Origin: Amphiscolops sp. MND2022
Lineage: Eukaryota
Direction: 5' to 3'
DNA: 64,000 bases
NCBI GenBank assembly: GCA_964187785.1
Contig: OZ076409.1
Location: 69,070,001-69,134,000, forward strand
Shown here: positions 12,847 through 26,592 of the stretch, one piece after another
Layout of the letters: the number at the start of each line of letters is the position of its first letter
How positions within the stretch are numbered: position 1 is the first letter of the stretch
Program-made: the position numbers and the translations under genes
The notes under the pieces: model-generated
Databases searched by the model: none
The model's input: only the letters and a program-made list of their open reading frames with translations
What the model was told of the DNA's origin: nothing

Positions 12847-12857
12847 ACATTGAGCAG

Positions 12858-13055
12858 TTTCCAAATATGGTAGGACGGACAACTTCTCTGCTACAAGTTT
12901 CAAGTGGAATTGGACTCATGTTCGGACCCTCCATAGGTTCACTGCTCTACATGTGGAAAGGGTATCTAGCCCCATTTTTAATGGCTGGCGTCATGGAGAC
13001 CCTACTGGGAGTTGCTTCCATTGTATTTTTGCCGCAACTGGGAGAAAAAACAGAG
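12858..13055 (+). CDS. MFS transporter exon 2
   Basis: cag|TTT acceptor. Encodes FPNMVG...GIGLMFGPSIGSLLY...GYLAPF (MFS motif C region). Phase-0 donor GAG|gtcagt. Confidence 0.85.
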
Positions 13056-13299
13056 GTCAGTTTTTTTGAAGTTTATAACATTTACTAAATCATAAAAACT
13101 AATCCACAACAAGCACTTTGCAATGAAAACTATAGAAAAATACACTCTTCAGATAATGGAATAACAGCTAATAAATTCTGCTTTATCTGTAATTGATGTA
13201 CGAGTTTGTTTTGGGTACCATATATGTTACATTAAAAGTTATATTGGGTACCTATTTGGTACCTTCATGACGGAAACTTTTGTGACGATTACAAACCCG

Positions 13300-16130
13300 T
13301 GTTGAAAGATCTTGAAAAAATTCTTGAGGCGGAAAAAACTAGGGCTCAAAGTCAAACCCTCGAAGTCCGTTTTTTTCTTGGGTGACGTCACTGAAAAGCC
13401 ACAATCAACTATTTTATCTGCATTTCAGAAAGTTTGCCCGATGATCAAAACTCCGACGAGAAACGAACTAGTTGTTCTCAGATCACCGCTAGGAGTAAAA
13501 TCAAAGGTAGATATATTGGAAAAAATTGTTTAACTGGAAAAAATTAGACGCGCATTACAGATTTACATGTTATAAATAGTTTCAGATTACCAAAGCTTCT
13601 GTATTTCTGCGAACCAGCACATTGAGAGATATGATAAAAACGTGACAGACGGGCTTTCCAGAGTGTACAACTTGAATTTTGACGATATTTTGAATGTTCA
13701 GCTAGACTTTGACGGCTGAATTGGGTGGTTAAGGGGCATCATCTGCATCATTGTTAGCACTTCCGGCCTTTTTGGCTTCATCTTTCGGTGCTCATGACTT
13801 GCTGACAACCATTTTTTCACGAACTGTTGACAATGTTTCGTTCTTTAAAGCGCTTGGTTGGTTGTTAAGAGCAAACCGGGGGTTCCTATTGATTGGACCC
13901 AAAGAAACAGAACCCAACCCGGTTTGTTACGACTACCTAATGTAGTGTTATTTTGGGTAGTCGTTTTAGTTTTAATAGCAGCTGATGTAGGTGCAATGAA
14001 TTTATTTCAGGCTTTTTTTACTTCGAGTTCATTTTTCAGTTGAGACAAGGAGTTTGAAAGATTTTGAATTTCCAAGAGAAAATCGTTTTAACAACGGGGT
14101 AAAAGAGTGCAACAATGATCACTATTAACTAACTGATTCAATTTACAAAACCAACATACTTATACTTTCCTAGCTGTTCCTCACCTAAAAATTCCTAGGT
14201 ATCACAAAAATCGGGTTTGTTTAGACAACAACCCAGTGGATTCATAGTATTTCAGTCCGGAGTCTACAATTTAGGTATCGAAATTCCTAATTACGTCAAC
14301 TCTGCGTCACGATTGTTGAAATCATTTTGGTTCTGTTTGAAATGGCGGTAAAATCTGCGTTAGTCTACCACGCCAGGCGTGATCAAATATAATATTTTGG
14401 TAGAATATGTCCGATCTTTGACGCGGAGCTGACTAATGAAACTAAAATTTCGCGGGAGAATTGAACAAGGATGCTGGATGAAAGCAGCAGAAAAAAAAGG
14501 AAGTGTAACATCTGGTTGAACTGACATTTCAAACTATATCACAGTGTACAGTTGAAAATGTTCAGTATTAACTGAAACTAGCTTTTAAAATTGTCAAACG
14601 AAATGCGGACGTGATAACTGCGTCAAGGCATCATATCATTCAATTATAGCACAAGTTATCCCAAGTACCTCTTGAAAATTTAAAATCAAACTAATAATCA
14701 GCAAAACATAAATTCAGTAGTGTTTCGTTCTATATAAACAGAACTGAAATTTTCTTATAACTTCAAAACAACAACAAGAAACGTCACTTGTGAAAATTGA
14801 CCAACGACGTCAATATTCCGTCTCAATATAATTACGTTAACACATCTTTGTTTGAAACTAACACGTAAACGGGGGGTTTCTGTAACATCAATTTGATACT
14901 AATCATGCATAATTAAATAACTTGTGACGTTTCGTAATCGTTTTACACTGGGAGTGAAGTAAAAACTAACGTTTAAAATTAGGTCAGCGGTTGGTTGAGG
15001 TAAAATTTCAAACAACTCTTATGTATAGTAGTAACATGCTGACGTAAGGCCAACCCTTGTTTTTGCTTGAAAAACATTGTTGAAAGGTTCCTTGTCACGG
15101 AAAAAAGTCTTGTTATAGTCCCAATTCGTTTCGCTAAAAATATTGACGCAAGTTCGACATATTAGTACAATCTTTCTTGACTTAATAACATGGTGGACGT
15201 AGTGTTGATGTAGATTCAAAATCAGTCTCCTTTGCTCTATTTGGGACGTCGTGTTGACGTGTGTATTAAGATTAGCTATGGTTGATTAAGGCGTGACGGA
15301 AACGTTACGACGAGCTTTAGAAAATCATTCCAAGTCTCTATTTAGTGATGTTACAAAGTTACAAACTCAATCCAAATAATGAAGTACTGTTAGCATAGTT
15401 GTCTTGATGACATCATCAAAATCATTCCAATAGTTCACCACAAAAAATTTAGTTGAACTAATCGCGTTCAAAGCAATAACAGCCGGGAGCGGACCATTAT
15501 ACAGCTGAGAATTTGATTTCTAAAATGACGGATAACAATTGAAAATTTTCAACGCCCACCCAACTAATTTCGGGTCGCAGTGGTTGCAAGTCGCTCCCTG
15601 TAACAACTTGAGCTTGAGCCTGAAGCCAAGGTTGCCACTGTGGTAAAAATGTTCAAAGGGACAATTTACACGGTCTTTGTTGCACCAAACGTGCGGGCCG
15701 CTTCTCGTGTCATGCTAATCATAACTGACTCCTTAAGCAGACGTTGGGATCTCTCGACTTGCCTTCAGTGCTGGAAACCCTTGGACTGAACCGAACCGAC
15801 GGCAAACAACCAAACGGTGTTAATATGATTCCTTGGGAAAATGTAAACAGTTGGTATAGGATGTCACCGTTGTCGATCCCTTGCACCCAGTCGCTTGAAT
15901 CAAGGCTACTTGGGCGATCCTGGAACCACCGCCATCTTTCAGCCAGTGGCACTGGAAGATGCAGGGTTTTTTAGGTAAAAGTAGTGAAATTTTCAAAACG
16001 CGCCTCTGGAAAATGCTCTGTAGTTCCCACAATGATCAGCAAGTTGGTAGCTTTTTAGAGCAACGTTTCTCAATGGCTCATCAAATTGGCAATGCGGTGT
16101 GTGTCTTAGGAACTGTGAGTGACAGATAAA
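13300..16130 (+). mobile_element. Decayed CRE-like (restriction-like endonuclease) non-LTR retrotransposon in intron 2, interrupted at ~13930-15500
   Basis: Broken peptides GLKVKPSK...LRSPLG and LLALPAFLASSFGA, Cys/His finger remnants at ~15630-15715, GLNRTDGKQPNGVNMIPW (DGKRPDG-type motif) and terminal QRFSMAHQIGNAVCVLGT at ~16060-16115. Confidence 0.6.
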
Positions 16131-18249
16131 TTCAATGAAATTTATTACATATAGTTTTGTTTGTTGGGACTGGTTTTTTATTTGCAACTCGACGATCTGC
16201 TTAGGTTTATGATTGTTTTCTTGTTGTTTTGGTTCTGTCGGTCTACTGGGATAGTGGCTGGCATGAGTAGTAGCAGTGCTTTGTGGTTTCTTTCGTTTCT
16301 TTTTGGTTGTAGACCACGGGTGTGTGCCATCTCCTCGCCTACATGACGACCTACAGGGCACTAGACTAATGACGACGATCTATGTTATCTGAGAGAGGTT
16401 TAAAACATGGACCAGTTTTCCGCGCAACTAGTTGTTCTTGACGAGCTGCACCCGGTGGGTTTATTTCTACAAAATTCCTGCCCACCAAAATTCACGTGAC
16501 CTACTTGAGAACACTCAAGGGGTTGCTTTAATTGTCAGGAAGCGAAACGTCCAATGACGTTGATGATCACTTCATACTTTCCAGAGTTTGTTATCCAGAG
16601 AAAATTCTGGATCAATTGTGAACATCAGAGCATCAAAGATATCATTAGATTGCGCGTGACTTCATTTTACGCACTACACCTTTTGATGTGTTTTTTTGAA
16701 AGGTGACGTAAGTGAAGCATGATTTACAAAAAAGGCAACATCAAATGCAACAGTTTGGTTACTATGAATCTGGCTGTTCGATTTTCAGTACTGGACTTAG
16801 TCGCGTTTCTCGAAAAATCAAAAGTGTAACTAAGAAATTCTGTATGAAGTTTTTCATTTGAATGTTTCCTAAATTTTTATGTTGTGGTCTTAATGCGTTT
16901 TTGGATTAAGTTTATTGGATGATGATCTTTATGTCATCAAATACTCGTCACTGATCAGGATTACCAGTACGTCAATTCGCAAACAACAGTGTGTCAATTC
17001 ACACAGAACAGTTGACTATGATTACGCAACATTCAATGAACTTCCAAACTCCATAAAACTGAAACATCACTGTCAAAGCAATTCTTTCTATCTTCGCACG
17101 AATTGATTTGCATTATTATCACCAAAATTTTTATCAAACAATATTAACATTATCGGCAGTTCAGGCGCTCTCCAATACTGTTCCCTATCAACTCTACACT
17201 GAAGTAAACAAAAAATGGAAATAATAGATGAAATTATCAAAAAATTTGTGAGAGCATCCAACGAGTTTTCATCCAAGGCAGTACAAAAAAGACCATGGAG
17301 CCTACAGGTATCACCGTAATTTCTAAAATGGTTAGATCGTTCCAAGCGTGCATATCAAAGAAGAACAAGGAAACTTAGTCATTGGAATCATTCTTTTAAA
17401 ACACTTGGTGAAAGATCAAAAACAATACCTTGCGATATAGGGATTCATTCGTATAGGGGGTCGACAACTGTTGAGATTATTGAGATCTTGAAACAATACC
17501 CTTAAAAAAAGATGAGAACTGTTGTACTGCAAGATGGTACAGTTATGATGCTTTCAGGTATTTGAATTGATTTAAAACATCATGGAAGCTGACTCAATCA
17601 AAAACACTAACATTTTTCCTTCTTGCTTCATTTCTTATAGTATCTGGGAGTTTTCAGTTTCGACAGTTGTCTGCTACCAAGTTTCACCTTATTGCTGTAT
17701 ATTATAATATAAATCGCTGAATATAAAATGACAAGAAAACAAAGAAAGAAAAGACTATTTAAGAACCTACGCCTGTGATAATCAACGCCTGTTTCTTCAA
17801 GTTTTTGACGCCTTTATAATAATTTGAAGTTTTTAACTGACAATTCAGAAACAAGAAGCAACTCAAATTCTTCCATGTAAACCGTCAAAGCATGATGCAC
17901 AAAAAACCTAGCTTGAATCCATTATTAGCGATCTTTGCGAAAACTGTATTTCTGGCTTCACCGAAACGTGACTCAAAAAATGTGACGATGATACGTTTTG
18001 GCAATTGAAAAAAGATCACTTCCAAAGTTTCCGAGCCGATATCAAACATACCAAAAACCGTAATCATAAGTTGAGAAAAGATTTAGTTCCTACTAATGCT
18101 CATGAGTTTGTGAGATTTTGGATAGAGTAAAATTTCAACGAAGATCAATCCAATAAGAAAAAACTGATAAAGCTGAGTTATATCCCAACAAAGCTCTTCT
18201 CAAAACGTTTCTAGAAGAACGTTTTCTATAATCATCAACAAGCATAGAT

Positions 18250-20160
18250 TTTGTTGTGACTGAAAATAAACCCATAACACAATTGAGAGACTACAACTTG
18301 GATAACCTAAATATCAAAGAACAACCAAGCTTAGACACAATTATTTTATCTTCTGGAATGAACATCACAAAAATAACGTACTTACAAAAATATCAGGCAA
18401 ATGCAAATTTCTTCTAGACTATTCAATTAAAAGTGTACCGAAATTTAAACGAACCAATATATCCTACACCCCACTCAGAACAATCCGGGAAAAAATGAGC
18501 GATCATCTTCCGACATCAAAAATTGAGGAAAAAAATAAAATGCATAAACCTCCAAACATTACACTCAGAGAAATTTTAGTTAAAACAGACTAGAGTCGAA
18601 GAACTGAGAAATTTGATCAGTTTTAGCAACTGGTGTTTGCTTCATAATCAAACTTGTGCTGAAGGACTGTTTACAGTTTTCACGGATATTCTAGAAAAAG
18701 CACTGCGGCGATGTGCGTTGAAAAAACATCTTTCATTAGAAACGATAAAAACATGCTAACAATGCAACAAAAATGGATAAAGGAGATACCAAAAAAATGT
18801 TCCGCAAAATTGAGTTTAGCGTAGAACCACAATCCTTAACTTACCAACAAATTCGAATTGACCTTTTTGGAAAAATTAACTCTAATCGTTTGGATTTTCC
18901 ACTTGAATTTTTCAATATTCTGAAAACTGAACGTGACAGATAGAATTTCATCAACGAGGCCAGGAACAGCAAACCATTGAAGTCAGAAACATTCAGTCTG
19001 AAAAACAGTTTCGGCGACACAGTCACTGACGCAAAAGGAAATCCAAACTTACTGAACTACCGGTTTTCAAATTACCGAGAGTACTTCGGGCAGGACAGAC
19101 AACATATGAACACTACTAAAAAATTTGAATATCTCGAAAGAAATACAGAACAAAACTGAAAGCTTCAGTTTTCAGCTCAAAAGCTGAATGCAAAAAAAAC
19201 ATTTGAAACGTTTAAAGAAGAACAAACCTTTTGCCCATCTGATATCCAAGCTTGGGCGCTGGAAGATTGTTTGAATTTAATAGCTTAACCGTTTTGCTTG
19301 ATGTGATAATGCCTTTATTGAGTAAGGTAAACTTCCAGGAAACCTAAAACAAGCCCATGTTAGACCGATCCATAAGAACGGTGACAATGAAGATCCTGAT
19401 GAGTACAGACCAATACCAATACCATCTTCCCTAGCAAAAGTTTTTGAACGAATCTAAGAGAACAAATGAACGAATACTTTGTAAGGAACAAGTTACTTGG
19501 CCCTTTACAAGTTGGGCCAATGAGCGAAACATTCAACAACGTATGCTTTACTATACGCTGCGGAAAATATGATAAAGGATTTAGATGACAATCGAAGAAC
19601 ATCGGCAGCATTTCCGGACGTTTCCAAAGCATTCAATTTGATATTTCATGAAATCCTATTACGGAAAATGCATAATCTCAATTTCAATGGAAAGGCCATG
19701 AAAATGATAAAGAGTATTTTGACTGAGAGATACCAAATGATTAAACTTTCCACATGTAACTAAGATTGGATTCAACATTAGAGTGCACAGAGTGTATGAC
19801 CATTCAACATACATAAACTCCTTCCTTTTCGATTTTTTTTACATTACAAATGCCTTTCATACCTTTGGAAATATAAAAGTACTCTAATTCCAGCTTTCAA
19901 TAGAAAACTACACTTACCGACTGCTAAGACAAAGATACATGAAAGAACACAAATTCAATACTCTTATGACAATAAGGTCTGAATTTCTACGCAAAGGTTT
20001 CTTCAATAGAACATTTCCCTTGTGGAAGACGCTACCGAGAAAAATAATAAAGGAAAAAGTTTCATACGAAATCATGAAAGAAAGAATCAAATCTTTCCTT
20101 TTCAAAAAATACGAATATGAAATAGACTGACCTCGATATGGAATAAAATGTTTAAGTGTT
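18250..20160 (+). mobile_element. Decayed CR1/L2/Jockey-group LINE (RT remnants) in intron 2
   Basis: Fragments PIHKNGDNEDPDEYRPIPIPSSLAKVFERI (~19365-19455), DVSKAFNLIFHEILLRKM (~19617) and C-terminal FFNRTFPLWKTLP. Many stops and frameshifts. Confidence 0.7.
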
Positions 20161-20363
20161 TACCGTTTTACTTAATTCGTCTTCATAATTACCCCCTTTC
20201 AACCCTTCAATTACGTTTTTTATTGCTCATGTTGTATACACTGCCTCTTAAAATAGACAATGTCTTTTTCATATTACTTTAAGTAGGAAAAACAGTGTTT
20301 TTCATATAATAACCTCCTCAGTGCAATGAATTCAATCGTGCCTTCATTAAACTTGTTTCACAG

Positions 20364-20607
20364 GAAGTCGACCCCTTGATCGATTCAGAAAGGGTCAACT
20401 CTTTGCAAGACGAGCAGAAAAAGGTGACGTTTCTTGAGTTCCTCAAGTGCGTCGATCTGTGGAAGGTGACCCTCCCCTGTCTCGCCTTGGCGTCCACTAT
20501 GGGTTTCAGGGATGCGGCTTTTACAAACATCATGGTAGAGCAGCTGGGCGAGAAGAGCCCAGCAGTTCTCGGACTCATGTATACACTCAGCTCTCTTGCA
20601 TATACAG
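20364..20607 (+). CDS. MFS transporter exon 3
   Basis: ttgtttcacag| acceptor in phase with exon 2. Encodes the central loop and TM7-8 (...LGLMYTLSSLAYT). Donor is either non-canonical GA at 20608 or GT at 20614. Confidence 0.8.
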
Positions 20608-20997
20608 GAATGAGTGATTCAATCACAAATTTGTATATAAATTTGAAATTATCAGCAATGCTTTTTTCGGAGGAGCATGAACAACTTTTTTAAAGGCATA
20701 AAGAAAACGATAATATTCTGAAAGTTGTTGTTCTCAGTCCTCTACTCTACGATTTTTTGCCTCGAAAAAGATTATTAACATTTTTTTTGTTTTTCAGCAT
20801 TCAGTTCAGAATCATATTTTTGAGGTATTGTGAATAAATATTATTTTTGAATTCTAAAATAGTTGATATTTTGTTGCCTCGTAAACGGTGATGACAGTTT
20901 TTGGGTTAAGCATTCAGTAAAGAATTACAGCCCAAACATCGAAGGTTTTTCGACAAAACCATAAATATGTCGAATAATATTTTTTCAATCATTACTG
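20605..20997. mobile_element. TIR remnant forming intron 3, same family as the intron 1 element
   Basis: CAGGAATGAGTGA / TCAATCATTACTG is an 11/13 inverted match. The right end is 11/13 identical to TCAATCATCCCTG in intron 1. Followed by 7 nt and then the CAG acceptor. Confidence 0.5.
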
Positions 20998-21007
20998 GAT
21001 TTGACAG

Positions 21008-21346
21008 TCTCGGCAATGTTAACGGGAATTTTCGTTGACAAAGGTTTCGCCGGTCATGTTTTAACTCTGGGTCTGTTCATAGTGCCTACAGTGCCAACTA
21101 TGTTGTATTTGACGAAATATTTTGAAGTTCCCGTTGCAATATATTGCGCAATTCCGTTCATGGGAGTGGGTGCAACTTACGGGACCTTCTGTGCACCTTC
21201 TATGCTGTTACTGGAGAAGGCTACCATCACCAGATTCGTCCACGAACACGACGAGATGTTTCTGGCCCAGATCAGGTTGATGGTCAGTGCGTGGTATAGT
21301 GTCACCAGGGCACTGGGAAGATGTGTAGGCAGCTTCATTTTCGGAG
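21008..21346 (+). CDS. MFS transporter exon 4
   Basis: ttgacag| acceptor. Encodes SAMLTGIFVDKG...VSAWYSVTRALGRCVGSFIFG. Phase-1 donor G|gtcagc. Confidence 0.85.
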
Positions 21347-24300
21347 GTCAGCAAAATTTACAACAGAAATCTTTTTTTTTAACAGTCAAATATAGATCCA
21401 TGGTAGACTTGGGAAAAACCATCGCGTAAAAATACGTCTCATTATTTTACTCAAAGCAGATAAACATAATAGAGCTCTGAAACAAACACGTATATCAAGT
21501 AAACATCATAATATGTATAAGAAGACTATCGCATACATACAAACACCATACTCCTCCCTTGTTAAGTTTGCTTCCATCTGAGTTTTCATCGGAATCGGAT
21601 TGGCCTTCGAATAGTTCTATTAGACCGTCTTGGTGATCCGGTACAGTATCATGGGTGTCGCCGGGCACCACTGCTGAGGTTGGTTCTGGATGGTCGGAAT
21701 TCTTACCCGGAGTGCTTGCGTCATCAGTACTGGTGCTTGATGATAAACCATCGGCAAGACCATTGGGCTCATCAATAACTGCAGGCGTGCTAGTAATTTG
21801 ATCATCAATAACTGACGAAGACGGTGAAGATTTCGTAGGCTTGATTTGATCAAGATGACGTGTAATCGACCTCTCAGAGTCTGGATTGTAAATATTAATG
21901 ATGAAGGTGATTTTCCATTGTGTACCGCTGCTTGTCGATATTGCAGAAGGAAACTGCTATCTAAATCACCTTTTCCTTCCGTCATTTTCAAATGCATTTT
22001 GAAATTTCCAACAAAACAGTTTACTAACCCATTACTTTTAGGGTGCGCAACAGGGGAATTCCATAACTCGAATCCTCGGTTCAGGAAGTACTGTCGAAGC
22101 TCTTCAGATCGGAAAGCAGGACCATTATCTGATACAAGACATTTTGGCAGTCCTACCAAACCAAACAGTTCTTCAAGTTTTTTTAGTGTTTCGGATGTTG
22201 TTTCCGACTGGGTGCGAAAAACAAACGGAAAAATAGAGTAGGAATCAACTACGAGCAAAATATAATTTACTTCAACAGGACCAGCATAATCGATATGAAC
22301 CCGTTCAAATGGTTTAGAGTTAGATTTCCAGCCGATCTCTTGCCCAGTTATAGCAGCTTTCTTAGTTTTCTAGCATTGAACGCAATTTTTGCAGGTGGAC
22401 TCAGTATCATCATCGATGTTTGGCCACCAATAACGAGAACCAGCAAGTGACTTCGTCTTTACGACTCCTAGATGAGACGAGTGTAAGTTTTCGAGAACAG
22501 CGTCTCGAAGTGGTTTCGGAACAACCACGCGAGCATTCCTATACAGCAAATTCTCATGGAACGTTAATTCGTTCTGCACTCTGTGATACGGTCGTAACAC
22601 CCTTGAGATGTTCTTTAGTACTTCTGGCCATCCGAATTGGACATAGTACTTCAGCAGTGCAAATTGCTTTGATTATCAAAGTAACTAAGTATCTCCTTCC
22701 GAAGATTGTCATCCGGTTCTAAGAGTTATCCTTTGCACCAATGTCGAAAGTTGTTTCATCAGTGTTAACGTTTACGCGGGACAATAAATCAGCTACTGGA
22801 ATTTCATCTGTTCTTTTCCCCACAAGTTTAAATTTATAGTTCGATAAGAAAACAGACCTGCGGGTTACGCGTTGATTAGCGTGAGCAGACTTACATCCGT
22901 TCTGTTTCAGAAAACATTCAAGAGGCTTATGATCACTTACTGAACGGAATTTGCGACCGTAAACATACTTGTGTAGTCGCTTAACAGCACAGACGATTGC
23001 CAGTGCTTCTCGATCTAACTGCGAAAAGTTTTCTCAGCTTTTGACAGAGTTTTACTAATAAATAAAACGGGTTGGCCAGCTCGGCTTAGCACGGCACCCA
23101 CTGCAACGGATGATGCATCGCAGGATATTTCTACATGTTGATCTGGATCAAATGCTTTCAACACCTTATTACAAAGGTCATCCTTCAGTTTCGCGGATGC
23201 CTAAGTATGAACGTTTTTCCAATGGAATACGTCAGCTTTCATTAAATCTCGCAATGGTTGAGGAACAAGGTCGGAAAATCGTGAAACGAATTTTGAATAG
23301 AAGCCAACACCACACACAAATTTCATTAGCTGCATAGCATTCACAGGTTTCGGAATATTTCGAAAACGTGTCACCTTGCGGCAATCAGGCGAAATTTCAT
23401 TTGCGCGACTTTTATAGCCAAGATGATATAGTTCAGTTTTGTTATTCAAAGACTTTTTTCATTGATGGGTAACCCAGCTTCTTGCAGTCGTTTCTTTACT
23501 TCTGCTAATATTGCATCATTCTGCTCCTTTGTCTTGTCAGCGACCAATATATCATCCAGATGGCAGAAGACTGTCTATAAGCTATGGAGTAGTTTACGAA
23601 TCTTTGTCTGAAAGATTTGAGTCTTTAACTTTACTCCAAACGGCAGAAATTTATACTTGTCCAACCCAAATGGTGTAGAAATTACAGTAAGAAGTTGGGA
23701 TGAGTCATCTAGGCACTTGTAAGTAAGCGTCTTTAACATCTAGTTTTGAGAAAAATTGGTTTCCCGCCAGCTTTGCGAGGGTATCTTCTACATTAGGACC
23801 TTGTGTGACTGATGATGCAATAAACGGATTTACTGTAATTGGTGTAACGCAGTCGTTACTTACTAGAGGTTCAATAATTCCTGCGCCTTGTAACTGCTTC
23901 AATTACATTAGCACAGGGCCTTCCAAAGCATATGGTAATTTACGCGGTTCCATAAAAAATAGGCTTTGCATCAGGACGAAAATGACGAAAATCAATTGAA
24001 GATACAGCTTTCTCAGCAACGCGAATGGCATTTACATTCAATGTCACCAGTCCCAACTTTGAAACTGCTTCCATTCCAAGGATCGGCTCACTCTCTCCGT
24101 GATTCTATAAGTAACTTCAGCTTTCTTACTTTCAGCAGAATGTTGAGCATCGACAAGCTTCCGCTTTATTTCTATTTCGCCCCTGAGTAAGAGTAAAGCG
24201 TTCCATTCGAATCAATACATTTTACCTTGAGGTCAGGAAAACGTTCGATTAAGCTTGGCGGAATTACAGGTGCAGCGCCTGTATCAAGCATGGGCTTTTA

Positions 24301-24730
24301 TTTTGTGTCCTTCAAGTGTTCACTCTATAAATCATCTCTTGGTCACCTTCTCCCCACCAGATATAGCTAAATGGCATGTGTCGTTAGATCCAACACTGTT
24401 TCCATCATTGAGTATGATCACTGAGCTTTTGCACACCGCTGAAAAATGATTCTTCTTTCCGCATTTATTGCAGATCTTCCCATAAGCAGTGCATTGTCGT
24501 TTGGCATGTTTCTTACCGCAGTATTTACATGAAGTAACTTCCTTGTGCCCGTCGCTTTGTGCCGGATATCTTTGCTTCGACGTTTGACGTCGATTACGAA
24601 TAACACTGATGTCTGTAGACCCATACATCATTGCTATTTGGCAATTATTTACCTCCTCCGATACTGACGCACTTTGAATCGCCTTATCAAATGTCATTGC
24701 TTGCTCCAATAACAACAGTTTTCTAATGAC

Positions 24731-25154
24731 TAGGGCAACCGCGATTTGCCCTTTATTTTTTAAAATTTTGCCCTTTATTTGCCGCCCTTTATTTTGAAAT
24801 TTGCCCCTTATTTGCCCTTTATCGGCAGGCGTTTGAAAGCGAGGATTTAACAAAAAAGTCAAATTCGTTCGTTAAGTGAAATGTTACAATAAATGCAAAT
24901 GTAATTCTTGATATTTGTAACATCAAAATTACGGTCCTTGGCTAGCATCTTGAGTTGCTAAATGGTTATTTCTGAGAAACTCCTGTACACAAACTCGCAC
25001 GGCTCGTATTTCTCAGAAAAGGGGTGAATATATACGAAAAAGTACAAGATTCGATGTATTTTGCCTTTTTTGCCTTTTATTAAACTTTTTGCCCCTAACC
25101 CGTATTTCTGCCCTTTTTGCCCCTATTGCCCTTTTGCCCTTTTTGGTTGCCCTA
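24731..25154. mobile_element. hAT-type MITE (424 bp) inserted in gag of element B
   Basis: TIR TAGGGCAACC/GGTTGCCCTA, exact 8-bp TSD CTAATGAC (24723-24730, 25155-25162), and subterminal TTGCCCTTT repeats. Removal rejoins DKEKVI|RKLLLLEQ. Confidence 0.92.
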
Positions 25155-26168
25155 CTAATGACTTTCTCTTTATCTGAACCAACTAAAAAACGATCTCGAA
25201 GGGAGGTGTCAAGATTACCACCAAAATTGCTCGTTTCTGCAGCTTTGCGCAGTTTACTGACAAATGCAGCAACAGACATTTTCCATCTTGCTTCACCTGG
25301 TGAAATTTGTTGCGTTCTGCAATTTCAATTGTTTTTGGTTCTAGGTGAGCTTTAATCCTGGCTTTCAGATCAGCGAAAGTCATTTTCGAACGCATTTTCT
25401 GGAGCAACGAGCGATTTGATATGAGAATATGCGTTCTCCCCGATAAGTGTAAAGTAAAAATCAGTGATCGCAGAGGTTGGAGAATCTGCAGCAATCGTGT
25501 TATCTTTGATACCTTTAGCTCTTGTTAGAGCTTCGAATCGTTCTTCCCAATCAGCAGTTTCCTCACTTTGCCATGGCATCTCTTCCATCCGGTAATCCAT
25601 GCTGATAATTCTTCAACGATATTGGAATAAGAATAATAAATTAGCCCTGTCGCCAAATGTGGTGTATGATTGACTTGGGAAAAATCATCGCGTAAAAATA
25701 CGTCCTAGTAGTTTGCTCAAAGCAGACAAACATTATAGAGCTTTGAAAAAAACACATATATCATGTTAACATCATAACATGCATAAGAAGACCACCAGAT
25801 ATAGCTAAATGGCATGTGTCGTTAGATCCAACACTGTTTCCATCATTGAGTATGATCACTGAGCTTTTGCACACCGCTGAAAAATGATTCTTCTTTCCGC
25901 ATTTATTGCAGATCTTCCCATAAGCAGTGCATTGTCGTTTGGCATGTTTCTTACCGCAGTATTTACATGAAGTAACTTCCTTGTGCCCGTCGCTTTGTGC
26001 CGGATATCTTTGCTTCGACGTTTGACGTCGATTACGAATAACACTGATGTCTGTAGACCCATACATCATTGCTATTTGGCAATTATTTACCTCCTCCGAT
26101 ACTGACGCACTTTGAATCGCCTTATCAAATGTCATTGCTTGCTCCAATAACAACAGTTTTCTAATGAC

Positions 26169-26592
26169 TAAGGCAACCGCGATTTGCCCTTTATTTTTTA
26201 AAATTTTGCCCTTTATTTGCCGCCCTTTATTTTGAAATTTGCCCCTTATTTGCCCTTTATCGGCAGGCGTTTGAAAGCGAGGATTTAACAAAAAAGTCAA
26301 ATTCGTTTGTTAAGTGAAATGTTACAATAAATGCAAATGTAATTCTTGATATTTGTAACATCAAAATTACGGTCCTTGGCTAGCATCTTGAGTTGCTAAA
26401 TGGTTATTTCTGAGAAACTCCTGTACACAAACTCGCACGGCTCGTATTTCTCAGAAAAGGGGTGAATATATACGAAAAAGTACAAGATTCGATGTATTTT
26501 GCCTTTTTTGCCTTTTATTAAACTTTTTGCCCCTAACCCGTATTTCTGCCCTTTTTGCCCCTATTGCCCTTTTGCCCTTTTTGGTTGCCCTA
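26169..26592. mobile_element. Duplicated copy of the hAT-type MITE
   Basis: Same TSD CTAATGAC. The left TIR carries one substitution (TAAGGCAACC). Confidence 0.9.

Noticed and set aside
12130..12848. Intron 1 as a U12 AT-AC intron (ATTGGA...CTGAC)
   Set aside because: It keeps the frame, but the 5' end lacks the strict ATATCCTT consensus. The TIR/CAG model explains both intron 1 and intron 3.
24332..26300. N-terminal KGQI-repeat peptide of ORFs 24332..24862 and 25761..26300 as a real protein repeat
   Set aside because: It is the translation of the MITE's subterminal TTGCCCTTT repeats fused to a gag fragment.
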